Origin: an uncultured bacterium | GTDB lineage: Bacteria > Patescibacteriota > Dojkabacteria > SC72 | NCBI GenBank assembly: GCA_903906305.1 | Contig: CAIVJR010000007.1 | Location: forward strand, 45,809-109,808 | Direction of reading: 5' to 3' | Length of the DNA: 64,000 nt | Shown here: positions 19,159 to 29,368 of the stretch, in pieces | Layout of the letters: every line of letters begins with the position of its first letter | Position numbering within the stretch: the stretch's first letter is position 1 | Position numbers and translations under genes: made by a program | Notes under the pieces: model-generated | The model's input: only the letters and a program-made list of their open reading frames with translations | Databases searched by the model: none | What the model was told of the DNA's origin: nothing

Positions 19159-20160
19159 CTATTTAACTATCTTATGTACTGCATCTAATACTTTTTCTAA
19201 TGCTTCTTTTCCAGTTTGCGCATCAATGCGTGCTGCACTTGCATATGGATGTCCTCCTCCATTTAGTGATTGGGCTATTTTCCCAACCTCTTGATATCCT
19301 TTAGTGCTTCTAAATGAAACATACCATGAATTTTCATGACTAAAGTCTAGCCTTATAATGAATCCCCAATGTACTCCTTGTATATATCGGATATATCTAT
19401 CCCTTAAAAAGTTCTGCGCTTCATTAATTCCTTGCTTTGTTAAACCATCTTTTACAATTGTATCTTCGGATATATACATATATGCCATGTCGTCCACTAT
19501 TGTTAAAGATTTGAGATATGAAATAATAGCAGGGGTAGATTCTTTAGGAAATTTCCCCATCTTGTAGGCCATTTCTTCAAGCTCAACATCCATAACTTCT
19601 TTAGCATCAGCATATATTCTTAATGTATCGGGTGTGGTTGCATCATACATAAATCTTCCAGTATCAGCTACAATTCCATACTGTGTTAACTGAGCAATAG
19701 CTGGAGTTGGTTTAAAATTCTTTCCATAAATATCCTTAAAAGTTGCATATACCTGCTCAGCTGCAGAGCTTCTAAATTCATTTACAAGCAACCTATCTGG
19801 GTCTGGGACTGACTCTTTATGATGGTCTATGAATATCACGGGTACAGTAGTATCCATTAGTGTGTCTCTAGCAAAATCTAAACAAAGGGAAAGATTACTA
19901 GCATCAGTTACTATAATTAAATCTTCATCTCCACTTTTCAACTGTTCTACAACAGTAATTTCTGTCATACATGGGATATTAATGGTCGGAGTTTGCTTCG
20001 ATTTCATAATGACATGCTTCTGGGGATATCCCAATTCTATGAATTTCTTTACCATAATCATACTGCAGAAAGCATCCATATCTGGACCTCTGTGTGTTAG
20101 GACTAAAATATTCTTTGACTTTTCAATCAATTGTTTAAATTCTTTGTTGTACTGTAACAT
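19159..20160 (-). CDS. DHH/DHHA1 phosphoesterase (NrnA-like)
   Basis: THRGPDMDA, IDHH, GIVADTGRF, GGGHPYAS; start set at MLQYNK, which has a -10 hexamer 7 nt upstream. Confidence 0.88.
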   Translation of the reverse strand: MLQYNKEFKQLIEKSKNILVLTHRGPDMDAFCSMIMVKKFIELGYPQKHVIMKSKQTPTINIPCMTEITVVEQLKSGDEDLIIVTDASNLSLCLDFARDTLMDTTVPVIFIDHHKESVPDPDRLLVNEFRSSAAEQVYATFKDIYGKNFKPTPAIAQLTQYGIVADTGRFMYDATTPDTLRIYADAKEVMDVELEEMAYKMGKFPKESTPAIISYLKSLTIVDDMAYMYISEDTIVKDGLTKQGINEAQNFLRDRYIRYIQGVHWGFIIRLDFSHENSWYVSFRSTKGYQEVGKIAQSLNGGGHPYASAARIDAQTGKEALEKVLDAVHKIVK

Positions 20161-20254
20161 AATCTTGATAATACCAAGTTTGGAGAATATAATAAACAAA
20201 GTCTTAAGGGAGATATTTCATAAATTCTTTGAATTAAATTAAGAAAACAGTTAG

Positions 20255-21523
20255 ATGATAGATATTAAAAAAATAGTAGAAGAGACAGAAATAGTAAAAC
20301 AAGGATTACTTAAGAGAATGGATGAAGACAAATTAGATCTTAATGGAATAATCGCCTTGTATGAGAAGCGAAAACAGATACAAACTCAATATGATACAAA
20401 AAGAGGTGAGCAGAATGGATTCAATGAACAGATGTCAAAAGTAGAGAAGGGAAGTGATGAATTCAAGAAACTCATAACAGATCTCAAGGCTAAAGCAGAG
20501 GAAGTTAAAGCATTGGAAGTTGAATTAAAGAATGCAGAAGCAGAATTAAAGGCGAAGATGGAAGTCTTGCCAAATATTCCTGAAGAGGATGTGGTAGCTG
20601 GAGGAAAAGAAAACAACGAGGTTATTAAAATGGTTGGAGAAAAACCAACATTTGATTTCCCAATTAAAGATCATGTTGAATTAGGTAAAGACCTTGGAAT
20701 GTTTGATTTCGAAACCGCATCCAAGGTATCTGGAACCAACTTCTCTATGTACCGAGCAATGGGTGCTAGATTGGAATGGGCTTTGATTAACTTCTTCATA
20801 TCTGAGCATAACAAGTCTGGATATGAGATGGTTATACCTCCTAATCTTGTTGTTGAACAATCTGCATATGCAGCAGGTCAATTACCAAAGTTCAAAGATG
20901 ATGTATATTGGGTACAAGATGGATTATGTTTAGTTCCAACTGCAGAAACAGTTTTGACAAATATCTACAGAGATGATCTTTTGGAAGAAAAAGATTTACC
21001 TAAGAAATTCTTTGCATACACCCCATGTTACAGAAGAGAAGCAGGTACATACCGAGCATCTGAAAAGGGATTAATTAGAGTACACCAATTTAACAAAGTA
21101 GAGATGTATCAATTTGTAGCAGAGGACAAATCAAAAGAAGCATTTGAGGAATTAGTAGCAAAAGCGGAGGACTTAGTTAAGAAATTAGGACTTCATTACA
21201 GAGTAGTTAAACTTGCAGCAGGAGACTGTTCCGCAGGAGCTGCTAGAACATATGATATTGAGGTGTATATGCCAGCTATGGATACCTACTACGAAGTAAG
21301 TTCTGTATCTAATGTTACTGACTATCAAGCTAGAAGAGGAAATATGAAATACAAACCAGCAGATGGTGGTAAACCAAAGTACATGCATACCTTAAATGGA
21401 TCTGGATTAGCTACAAGTAGATTGATGGTAGCATTAGTAGAAGCATACCAACAGAAAGATGGAAGCATTATTGTTCCTGAAGTACTTAGACCATTCATGG
21501 GTGTAGATAAAATAGAGATATAA
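20255..21523 (+). CDS. serS: Serine--tRNA ligase
   Basis: LVPTAE, YRREAG, RVHQFNKVE, HTLNGSGLATSR. Confidence 0.97.
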   Translation: MIDIKKIVEETEIVKQGLLKRMDEDKLDLNGIIALYEKRKQIQTQYDTKRGEQNGFNEQMSKVEKGSDEFKKLITDLKAKAEEVKALEVELKNAEAELKAKMEVLPNIPEEDVVAGGKENNEVIKMVGEKPTFDFPIKDHVELGKDLGMFDFETASKVSGTNFSMYRAMGARLEWALINFFISEHNKSGYEMVIPPNLVVEQSAYAAGQLPKFKDDVYWVQDGLCLVPTAETVLTNIYRDDLLEEKDLPKKFFAYTPCYRREAGTYRASEKGLIRVHQFNKVEMYQFVAEDKSKEAFEELVAKAEDLVKKLGLHYRVVKLAAGDCSAGAARTYDIEVYMPAMDTYYEVSSVSNVTDYQARRGNMKYKPADGGKPKYMHTLNGSGLATSRLMVALVEAYQQKDGSIIVPEVLRPFMGVDKIEI

Positions 21524-21527
21524 TCGT

Positions 21528-22091
21528 ATGAATTTTTTCTTAGGCTTTTGTCCTGATGAAAAGGCTAATCACAAAATACGAAAGATAATAGGTGAGGTGG
21601 GGAAAGTATTTGATGGACTACAAATTCCTGTTAGATGGAGTGATCCAGCTTCTTACCACTTGTATATTCTCACCTTAGGGCATAGTCTTTCCTTCTTAAG
21701 ATTGTTTTGGCTTAAATACAAACTTAAAGGTTTTACAGTTAAGCCCTTTAAGGTAGTTTTCAATACTGTACATATAGGTATATCAAGGAAATACAAAGAA
21801 TTAATATATCTTGATCTTAAAGAGGGTGGGGAAGAGATGCGTGATATTTTATTTGAGCTTAGAAAACGCTTAACTATTAATGATCAGGGTAAGTTTATAC
21901 CTCATCTTGTATTGGGTAGGGTAAGTGAGGACTTGAGTAGCCAAGAATATACCAATATCTCTAAAGATCTATATCGAGTTGCCAAAGATTTGGATATTCA
22001 ACAGATTGAATTTGAAGTTACAGGATTGAAATTGATTAAGAATACTTCAACAGGTTTTCAGATTCTTTTAGAATTGAGTCAAAATCATTAG
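21528..22091 (+). CDS. 2H phosphoesterase (2'-5' RNA ligase-like), divergent
   Basis: VRWSDPASYHLYI and FIPHLVLGR as the two His motifs. Confidence 0.7.
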   Translation: MNFFLGFCPDEKANHKIRKIIGEVGKVFDGLQIPVRWSDPASYHLYILTLGHSLSFLRLFWLKYKLKGFTVKPFKVVFNTVHIGISRKYKELIYLDLKEGGEEMRDILFELRKRLTINDQGKFIPHLVLGRVSEDLSSQEYTNISKDLYRVAKDLDIQQIEFEVTGLKLIKNTSTGFQILLELSQNH

Positions 22092-22917
22092 TCCATATTG
22101 CATCGGGATTTCTTCTAAACCATGTCCTTTGCCTTTTAATATAGTGCATAGTGTTGGCTATGATTTCATCTTTTACTTCCCCTATCGTTTTTTCATTTTC
22201 AAAATACCCATCAAATTCTCTGTATCCAATTGAGTTACATGCAGGATATTTATTTAATCCTTCTTTTCTTAGTATTTTGTTTTCTTCAATCAAACCATTT
22301 TCAATCATTTGATCTACACGTTTCTCAACTTTTTCTTTCAATATACCAGTAGGGAGATCAAGGACAAAATATTTACATGGAAAAGTAGGGGTAGTTGATT
22401 TCTTTTCTGGGAGGAAATTACCTCGTTCAATAATCCTTTGTAATCGTCTTGGGTTATTCTTGTCACTGTTGTTGAGTTGAGACAATACATCTTCTGGTAT
22501 CTGTTGTTGTAATTGTTGGACGGAGAAATTTTCGAAAGCCCCCCTACTCTGATTCTGTATTTTTTCAGACTCGACTAGATTGTAATTGTAAATGATTGAA
22601 TCAATATACAAACCAGTACCACCTACTAGTATGGGAGTTTGAGCTTCTGGGATGGTCTTAAGAAGTTCAAATACGTCTTGTTGGTATTCATAGATATTGT
22701 AGGAATCTTTTACGGAGACAGTACCATACAGAAAGTGTGGTACTTGTGCTAGCTGTTCTTCAGATGGTCTTGCTGTCCCAATATTCATCTCTTTGTAAAC
22801 CTGTCTAGAATCGGCATTTATGATGACTCCATTAATAGATTTGGCTAATCTAATAGCTATATCCGACTTACCAGTTCCGGTAGGTCCTGCAATTACAATG
22901 AGAGGTCTGAAGTTCAT
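22036..22917 (-). CDS. miaA: tRNA dimethylallyltransferase
   Basis: GPTGTGKS, NADSRQVY, VGGTGLY, SIGYRE, KRQRTWF. Confidence 0.96.
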   Translation of the reverse strand: MNFRPLIVIAGPTGTGKSDIAIRLAKSINGVIINADSRQVYKEMNIGTARPSEEQLAQVPHFLYGTVSVKDSYNIYEYQQDVFELLKTIPEAQTPILVGGTGLYIDSIIYNYNLVESEKIQNQSRGAFENFSVQQLQQQIPEDVLSQLNNSDKNNPRRLQRIIERGNFLPEKKSTTPTFPCKYFVLDLPTGILKEKVEKRVDQMIENGLIEENKILRKEGLNKYPACNSIGYREFDGYFENEKTIGEVKDEIIANTMHYIKRQRTWFRRNPDAIWTNDFDSILKESENLLKYS

Positions 22918-22918
22918 A

Positions 22919-23428
22919 CTATTTTAAAAGCTTGAATACCAAAAAATAGTGAAGCCATATGGTAGCAAGTGAAAGGCCTAAGGAGAGCAATATTGGAAGT
23001 AATATTGAAGGTGTGAGTACTGCAAAAGCAGTAAAGAGAAGTATGCAAGAGATTGTTAATCTAAATGCATCATTAAATGCTTCGGCTTTAACCTTGGTCA
23101 TATCAAAATCTCTTTGTTTGTGGTTTTGCATATAGAAACCAGTCATGGTACCGATACAAAGAATGACAATGAAGAAAACAATGAAAGGAATGAGTTTAAA
23201 GGTATATGTAATATCTACTTTAAATACTAAGTTGGTTACAACTAACGTGATGAGTGTTAATACCCCAGCAATTGCTAATGAGTCAAAAGAGATATGGGCT
23301 AATTTCGCTTGTTTAGTAAATATCCATACAAAACCAGGTACGACGAGTAAGATTATGAATATTAGGATCAAGGTATTTACCTTCTCTAATATAGTCCAGT
23401 TGTTAAAAAGATTTATTATTATATCCAT
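22919..23428 (-). CDS. Small membrane protein, probable degenerate SecF
   Basis: 5-6 TMs, directly downstream of the SecD-like gene. Confidence 0.45.
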   Translation of the reverse strand: MDIIINLFNNWTILEKVNTLILIFIILLVVPGFVWIFTKQAKLAHISFDSLAIAGVLTLITLVVTNLVFKVDITYTFKLIPFIVFFIVILCIGTMTGFYMQNHKQRDFDMTKVKAEAFNDAFRLTISCILLFTAFAVLTPSILLPILLSLGLSLATIWLHYFLVFKLLK

Positions 23429-23430
23429 AG

Positions 23431-24639
23431 TTATATTTTCTTCACTTTATTAATATACCAAGCTGAAATAACCAAACAAAGTTTTGCTAATGCAGTGATA
23501 ATCAACATATCTTGTGCAATTATACTTACAAATCCATTCCCCAAGAATATTGTACTTGCAAGTACGATGAGCAAGAATAATTCTATGTAGAATACAGAAT
23601 CTTTTCCTTCTGCAATTATCCTAGTTACAGCTATTGCCAATATCGCTTCAATTGAGAGCAAGAATGGATCTACAGGGATTTGGAATATCTTTAAGGATGC
23701 TAGATATATTGAAATGGTAAGTGTAGTGGCTAAGAGAGATTTCAAAAGCACGTCAGGAGACGTTGTTTTTGAAATGAAAAGGTAAAGGTACAAGACAACC
23801 AACGCAACAAGAATTCCAAGGGTTATTTGTATGTAGTTTACGGTTGGAACGTTTACGGTCAAATCAGTCTGTGAATCTATTTTGAAATTTGTGCCTACTA
23901 CTCCCGAGTTGTACAAGAGACTCATTACCTTGAGTTGTTGTGCATCTTCCGTTGAAATCGGGATTGCAAATACCTTGCTTGTAGCATCAACTACATGTGG
24001 AGTTACAAATCCATCAATATCTACACCAATGGATTGGCCGTTGTATTGTAAGAGGAATTTATTAAACTTTACTTCTCCTGCTGGCCAGAGTTTGAATATC
24101 GCGAAATTCGCATATGTACCACTACTTGTTCTTAATTTGGTTATATATACATTTCTAAAATCACTTCTATCCCATTCGGTATTATCATAGTTTGTACCGA
24201 GCATATATGCATATGTGTTTTCAGAATCATCAAAATTTACATCACTCTTTCTGGTTACAACCTTAACATCAAATTTATTTGAGATTAACTCCTTAACCAA
24301 ATCCTTGTCTTTACTTGTTGTTACATTAATTCTAATTTTGTCATTATCTATATATGTTGATACTTCTTCAACTCCAAAACCTTTCAATCTTTTGTAGAAG
24401 ATATTTCTTAAATCATTAAGAGCTTTTGTCTCTGTATTTTCAGTAGAGACTATGAACTCTTGAGACCAATATGTATTGTCTTTGAGATTAAGATTGTAGT
24501 TGGTTTTGGAAACGTATTTCTCAGTAAGTGGAAGTGCGATGAATATGGAAGCAAGAAAAAGTGCTGTAACAACAATTATTAATATGTAGTTTAGTAGAGG
24601 CTTAACGTTAAAGTTAAACTTCAGTTTTAGTAACTTCAT
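23431..24639 (-). CDS. Divergent SecD-like protein
   Basis: N-terminal TM, KRLKGFGVEE..DKIRIN (SecD P1-like), FNKF...GQSIGVDIDG, C-terminal TMs. Confidence 0.6.
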   Translation of the reverse strand: MKLLKLKFNFNVKPLLNYILIIVVTALFLASIFIALPLTEKYVSKTNYNLNLKDNTYWSQEFIVSTENTETKALNDLRNIFYKRLKGFGVEEVSTYIDNDKIRINVTTSKDKDLVKELISNKFDVKVVTRKSDVNFDDSENTYAYMLGTNYDNTEWDRSDFRNVYITKLRTSSGTYANFAIFKLWPAGEVKFNKFLLQYNGQSIGVDIDGFVTPHVVDATSKVFAIPISTEDAQQLKVMSLLYNSGVVGTNFKIDSQTDLTVNVPTVNYIQITLGILVALVVLYLYLFISKTTSPDVLLKSLLATTLTISIYLASLKIFQIPVDPFLLSIEAILAIAVTRIIAEGKDSVFYIELFLLIVLASTIFLGNGFVSIIAQDMLIITALAKLCLVISAWYINKVKKI

Positions 24640-24642
24640 TCC

Positions 24643-25215
24643 TTAAAGTAGGTCAGATATCTGTCCGAATATGACCATCTTATCCTTTTCTAAGATGTTC
24701 ATCAAGAATGGTTCTTTCTTTTTTCTAGCAAAGTCAAAATCTTCTTTAGTTATCGCACTAAATCGGATATCTCTTTTTTGCTCTTTTTCTAATTCACTCA
24801 TTGCTGTTGAGAGATCTCTAACTTTCATTGTACCAATGAAAAGAAAGTCTACATCAGTAGGATTCTCGTATTTGTTTTTAATGAAGCTCTCCGTTAATAC
24901 TAATAGCTGTATTCCTTCAATCTCTTCCGCAACTCTTAAAATTGCTTTTCCGATATTTGATTCTTTGTAGAACATAGATCGAAGCTCTGGAAGGATTGGA
25001 TACTTTCTGTTTAATTTGTACACCAATTTGTTTCCATCTTTCTTAGAAGTCAAAAGTCCTGCATCCAAGAGATTTAGTAATTCTCTTCTTACTGCATTTA
25101 TCTCCTCGTCTAAGATTCTAACTAACCCTCGAACGTGGAATGATGCATTCAAATCAAGCATATACTGCTCGAGAATTCTCACCCTCACTTTTGAGATAAA
25201 AAAGTTTTTTAGCAT
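24643..25215 (-). CDS. Winged-HTH regulator fused to a degenerate nucleotidyltransferase-like domain
   Basis: SKVRVRIL..FHVRGL..INAVRRELLNL..G; C-terminal DVDFLFIG. Confidence 0.75.
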   Translation of the reverse strand: MLKNFFISKVRVRILEQYMLDLNASFHVRGLVRILDEEINAVRRELLNLLDAGLLTSKKDGNKLVYKLNRKYPILPELRSMFYKESNIGKAILRVAEEIEGIQLLVLTESFIKNKYENPTDVDFLFIGTMKVRDLSTAMSELEKEQKRDIRFSAITKEDFDFARKKKEPFLMNILEKDKMVIFGQISDLL

Positions 25216-25236
25216 AGTTCCCCAACCTGCTTAATA

Positions 25237-26520
25237 TTATTGCTCAATTATAGCAAATTTCCCGTCAGATGTACCAATCATCTCGACCCATATTCTTCCT
25301 CTATTAAATTCTATCTCTTTTCCCTCGCTATCATAGTATGTAGTTCTGTCCGTCCTTGAGGTCTTTTTCCATGTACCATATGTGATTTTACCATCCATAA
25401 GATAGGTGGATTTACCTTGGCCGATAGTGGTGATAATCAGGTGGCCTTTGTCATCTCCTGACTGAATCATGGATACTTCCTGTACTACAATATTCTTGGC
25501 ATATACCTGTGTGTTGGTCTCTTGATCAATATCTGCTTGTCCTCCAACCTTTCTTAAGTATGTATTAGTTGCTTGATCATATGTCCAAACTACATTGTAC
25601 AATCCACTGTTAATCAATCTCTCATGGAATATCAACTGTACTTGAGTCTTCTCTCCTCTTTTAGATATCTCTGCATCTGTTTTAAATTTCCAGCTTTCAA
25701 AGTTTTTAGGGAAGGTATCCCAATCCATCTTAGCAGCATATTCCCATGCGTATGTAAGCGAATTGTATTCATTGTGTGGAGCTACTCTTCTTCCGTCATT
25801 CCATCTCCATGCTCCAATCGTTGCAATATCTTTTATGCCGTAGCTATATACATTCCCGCATGCATTGGTTCGGGGATCATCTGAAGAAGCACATCCATCA
25901 CGTATGAGTAATGGGTCATATTCGCTTGCCCATTCCAAATAGTATTGGCGAAGACTTCTAACAGGGCCAACTTTCTCTGGAACTGTACTCCAATATATTG
26001 GCATTAACCTTGTAATTCCAGCCTCAGCATTAGCTTCAATTACCACGTCTGCACTATTTAAACCTGAAAGAGGACGTGCTTCTGAATGGTTGTTGGTCAT
26101 TACGGCAACAGGTCTTCTGGTTTTCATGATATCCATCTCTGACTTGGTAAATAGCATTCCATTTAATGGACTTACTTCCGTTTTTGGTTCTTGAGGTGTA
26201 GAGAGAAGTGAAAGTCCTCCCTTGAAAAGTGCGGATAGTGGATTGGAAGCAATGAAATCTTGATTAAACGAAAGTACGTTGTTTAATGGCTGGGGTTTAA
26301 CTCTGTATATTCCAAAGTAGTAAAAGCCTCCAATACCTACTAAACAAAGGAATGCCACAATTGGAAATATGAAATTTTTAAATTTGAGTTTCTTTTTCAT
26401 ATCGGAGAGTTTTACCTCTACTATTGGGGATTCGGGTGTGGTCTCAATTGGTGTTGGGGTTATATTGGTTTCTACAATTTCAGATTTTCCTGTATCAGAA
26501 ATATTGAACTCTTTAGTCAT
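25237..26520 (-). CDS. DUF3048 domain protein
   Basis: RPVAVMTNNH..ARPLSGL..AD..EAGITR, GPVRSLR, APHNEY. Confidence 0.88.
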   Translation of the reverse strand: MTKEFNISDTGKSEIVETNITPTPIETTPESPIVEVKLSDMKKKLKFKNFIFPIVAFLCLVGIGGFYYFGIYRVKPQPLNNVLSFNQDFIASNPLSALFKGGLSLLSTPQEPKTEVSPLNGMLFTKSEMDIMKTRRPVAVMTNNHSEARPLSGLNSADVVIEANAEAGITRLMPIYWSTVPEKVGPVRSLRQYYLEWASEYDPLLIRDGCASSDDPRTNACGNVYSYGIKDIATIGAWRWNDGRRVAPHNEYNSLTYAWEYAAKMDWDTFPKNFESWKFKTDAEISKRGEKTQVQLIFHERLINSGLYNVVWTYDQATNTYLRKVGGQADIDQETNTQVYAKNIVVQEVSMIQSGDDKGHLIITTIGQGKSTYLMDGKITYGTWKKTSRTDRTTYYDSEGKEIEFNRGRIWVEMIGTSDGKFAIIEQ

Positions 26521-26627
26521 GGCAGTTTTACTTAATATATATCCAATATACTAGCATATCGTTTTGTACATTTAAATCTATGGAAATATTGTGGTAGTAT
26601 ATATAAATAATATTTTAGGACAAAACT

Positions 26628-27653
26628 ATGATAAAGAAAATCATATGGTTCCTTGTATTACCCCTAATCATTGGAGTAAGCATTTACTTCATATTCTTCA
26701 ACAAGAAAGCTGCGACAAACAATACAGATAAAGGGAGTGATACTAATCAAACTCAAACGGATGATACAGATACAACCGATGAGGATGAAGATACCGATAC
26801 AGATACTACAAATAGTAATGAAGAAACAACAACGCCTCTAACGGGTTTCTCAACTGAGAGTCAAACTGAGGGTGTAGCTTCGCAATCCAAATTCACAATC
26901 GAGGATGTAACTAACACTGCTCGAACAGGATATCACGAATTTGTATTCTCACTTTCTTCTACAGGTACAGATGATCCATATGTGATTGCTACATACATGA
27001 GTGATCTTGGAGTTATACGGATTGATTTAAATCAGATTGAGAAGGATAACAGTGATATCGGATATCAAAAAGCTGTAGCAATTAACAAGGAGGGTATTTC
27101 TCAGTTGTACCATAATGTATCTTCTGACCAAACGGAGGAGATATATGATATTGGTGTAAGTAAGAGTACTGCTTTCAAGATTACTACTGCTAAGATGTCT
27201 GATGGATGGGATATCATAGTTGGTGTTCAATATCCTGGAGTAGTCTCTACTGAAAATTTAGATTTAGGTAGTAAAGAATTTGGTAAAACAGCTCAAGCCA
27301 TTATGGGCGTTGATGCTACTAAGGCTTCTACTCTATCCTCATATACATATGGTTCTACTTCTGGAGTATTCAAATTTGTATGGAATGTGAGTAGCTCTGA
27401 TACTAATCCAATTCCTTCTGTAAGTGCAGCATACAATGCAGAACATCATCTAGTTGTTACTTTTGGTAGTGTAAAAACAGACAAGGTATATCTTGCAGTT
27501 GATGGTATCGCATTACCTGGAAACTTGGCTATGCAAACAGAGAGAGCTGCTGAGAAGAGTATATATACCTTCTATGGTTTAACTGAAGATGTTAATTACA
27601 AATTGAGTGCAGGTTTAAGCCCCAACCAAGTAATAGTTGAGATACAGTTGTAA
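26628..27653 (+). CDS. Membrane-anchored protein with Asp/Thr linker and two repeated AMIN-like domains
   Basis: N-terminal TM, low-complexity linker, two similar beta-rich halves. Confidence 0.55.
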   Translation: MIKKIIWFLVLPLIIGVSIYFIFFNKKAATNNTDKGSDTNQTQTDDTDTTDEDEDTDTDTTNSNEETTTPLTGFSTESQTEGVASQSKFTIEDVTNTARTGYHEFVFSLSSTGTDDPYVIATYMSDLGVIRIDLNQIEKDNSDIGYQKAVAINKEGISQLYHNVSSDQTEEIYDIGVSKSTAFKITTAKMSDGWDIIVGVQYPGVVSTENLDLGSKEFGKTAQAIMGVDATKASTLSSYTYGSTSGVFKFVWNVSSSDTNPIPSVSAAYNAEHHLVVTFGSVKTDKVYLAVDGIALPGNLAMQTERAAEKSIYTFYGLTEDVNYKLSAGLSPNQVIVEIQL

Positions 27654-28058
27654 ATGATTAAGAGTATAGTTTTTGATTTTAATGGAGTAATCTTTGACTC
27701 CAGTACGCATCATATAAATGAGGATGTGATTGAGTTGCTTAAAGACTTGTCTGAATCTGATTTCAGGTTACATCTTTTTTCCAATACATCTAAACAGGCT
27801 ATAAATATTCTTAATGCTAAGTATGATTTCTTAAAATATTTTAAGAATGTAATTCTTGTTGAAGATACAAGACTATCTAAACCCTCTGATGCCTCATTTG
27901 AAAATCTTCTTAAAGTAACAGGTGAGGTTGGAGAAGAGATGGCATATATAGATGATGGAAAGGATAATCTTAGGCAAGCTAAGAGATATGGAATGGTAGC
28001 TATTCCTTTTGTAGATGCAGATAGGCTAAGGATTAGCTTAGCTTCTTTAGATATTTAA
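27654..28058 (+). CDS. HAD-superfamily hydrolase
   Basis: FDFNGV, FSNT, SKP, YIDD. Confidence 0.85.
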   Translation: MIKSIVFDFNGVIFDSSTHHINEDVIELLKDLSESDFRLHLFSNTSKQAINILNAKYDFLKYFKNVILVEDTRLSKPSDASFENLLKVTGEVGEEMAYIDDGKDNLRQAKRYGMVAIPFVDADRLRISLASLDI

Positions 28059-28076
28059 ATTTTAAGATATATAAAT

Positions 28077-28658
28077 ATGATAACTAGAGAAAGATGTATG
28101 CAGTTAATAGACAAATATGTAACTACTCCATGGCTTAAACTTCATATGAAGGAAAGCGATATCATTATGCAAGCTGTAGCTAATAGGCTTGGTGAGCATG
28201 AGGAGAAATGGGGATTGGCTGGCTTACTTCATGATTTAGATTTTGACTATGTTGGTAAGGATCCCGCAAGGCATGTGGTTGAGTTTGATGATATTTTGAA
28301 GATGGAGAATCTTGAGGTTGGTAAGGATATAGACAAGGATGTATATCATGCGATCAAGGCTCATTACGAAGAGAACCCCGGGGTTCCTGAAAACCGAGAG
28401 AACAACTTGGACTATGCGTTATCTGCTTCTGAGAACTTATCTGGTTTTTTAGTGGCTTGTGCTTTGGTTATGCCAGATAAAAAGATTGCGAGTGTTACTT
28501 CTGATACGGTTTTAAGAAAGTTAAAAAAGAAAGAATTTGCTAAGGGTGTTAGAAGAGATTTGATACAAGATATTGAAAAAACGGGTATATCCTTAGAAGA
28601 ATTTATTGATATATCTTTAGATGCTATGAAGGCTAGGGCTAGTGAACTAGGGCTTTAA
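28077..28658 (+). CDS. HD-domain hydrolase
   Basis: LH..E, GLLHDLDF, AIKAH, ACALVMPDKK. Confidence 0.85.
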   Translation: MITRERCMQLIDKYVTTPWLKLHMKESDIIMQAVANRLGEHEEKWGLAGLLHDLDFDYVGKDPARHVVEFDDILKMENLEVGKDIDKDVYHAIKAHYEENPGVPENRENNLDYALSASENLSGFLVACALVMPDKKIASVTSDTVLRKLKKKEFAKGVRRDLIQDIEKTGISLEEFIDISLDAMKARASELGL

Positions 28659-28681
28659 GGGTGTAAAATATATACCATTAA

Positions 28682-28755
28682 CGGGGCGTAGTTCAGATGG
28701 CTAGAGCGCTTGCATGGGGTGCAAGAGGTCGCACGTTCAAGTCGTGTCGCCCCGA
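28682..28755 (+). tRNA. tRNA-Pro(GGG), CCA not encoded
   Basis: cggggcg/cgccccg acceptor, cttgc-atGGGgt-gcaag anticodon arm, TTCAAGT T loop. Confidence 0.93.
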
Positions 28756-28778
28756 TATTTATTTAACCAAAAATAACA

Positions 28779-29123
28779 ATGAAATTTACTCCAGATTCAG
28801 ATTGTATGATAGTGGTATATGTCCCTTGCGAGAGTTTAGAACAAGCTGAGCACATAGGGGAACAGATTATGAAAAAGAAGTTATGTGCATGTGTGAATAT
28901 ATACAAAGATATGCAACCAATGTTCTTCTGGCCTCCTAAAACAGGAAATATAGAGAAGGGTAAAGAAGTTGTATTGCTATTGAAGAGTGTTAAATCAAAA
29001 TATGACGATATGGAAAAAGAAATAACGAAGATACATAGCTATGATGTTCCTTGTATATTTGCCATTCCAGTAATGGCAGTAGCAGATGGTTACTGGGAGT
29101 GGCTAAATGGAGAGATGGAATAA
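28779..29123 (+). CDS. cutA: Divalent-cation tolerance protein CutA
   Basis: LCACVNI, E..LLLKS, HSYDVPCI. Confidence 0.9.
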   Translation: MKFTPDSDCMIVVYVPCESLEQAEHIGEQIMKKKLCACVNIYKDMQPMFFWPPKTGNIEKGKEVVLLLKSVKSKYDDMEKEITKIHSYDVPCIFAIPVMAVADGYWEWLNGEME

Positions 29124-29176
29124 TTCTTTTTGTTAATTTAAATTTCTGTTAGAATTAAACAAGGAGGATAAAATAT

Positions 29177-29368
29177 ATGAGTAAACAAATAAATCAAACA
29201 AAATCGGGAAAAATTCGTGAGAAAAGAAGTGATACTTTGGTAAGAACAATTGAAAGAAAATACAACGTTGATCTTCAAGCAAGATCAGACATGAAGCTGG
29301 GGAATCTTTTAAAGGAAAAGGGCCTTCCCTCCTTGTCTAAGCTTATAAAAGAAACAAGAAAAGATTAA
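29177..29368 (+). CDS. Small basic protein (63 aa), possible antitoxin/regulator
   Basis: Strong SD AAGGAGG; internal RSDT/RSDM repeat; TAATG coupling to the next gene. Confidence 0.7.
   Translation: MSKQINQTKSGKIREKRSDTLVRTIERKYNVDLQARSDMKLGNLLKEKGLPSLSKLIKETRKD

Noticed and set aside
26725-26835. Repeated gatac/gatga units
   Set aside because: Codon-level low complexity of an Asp/Thr linker, not a DNA repeat element.
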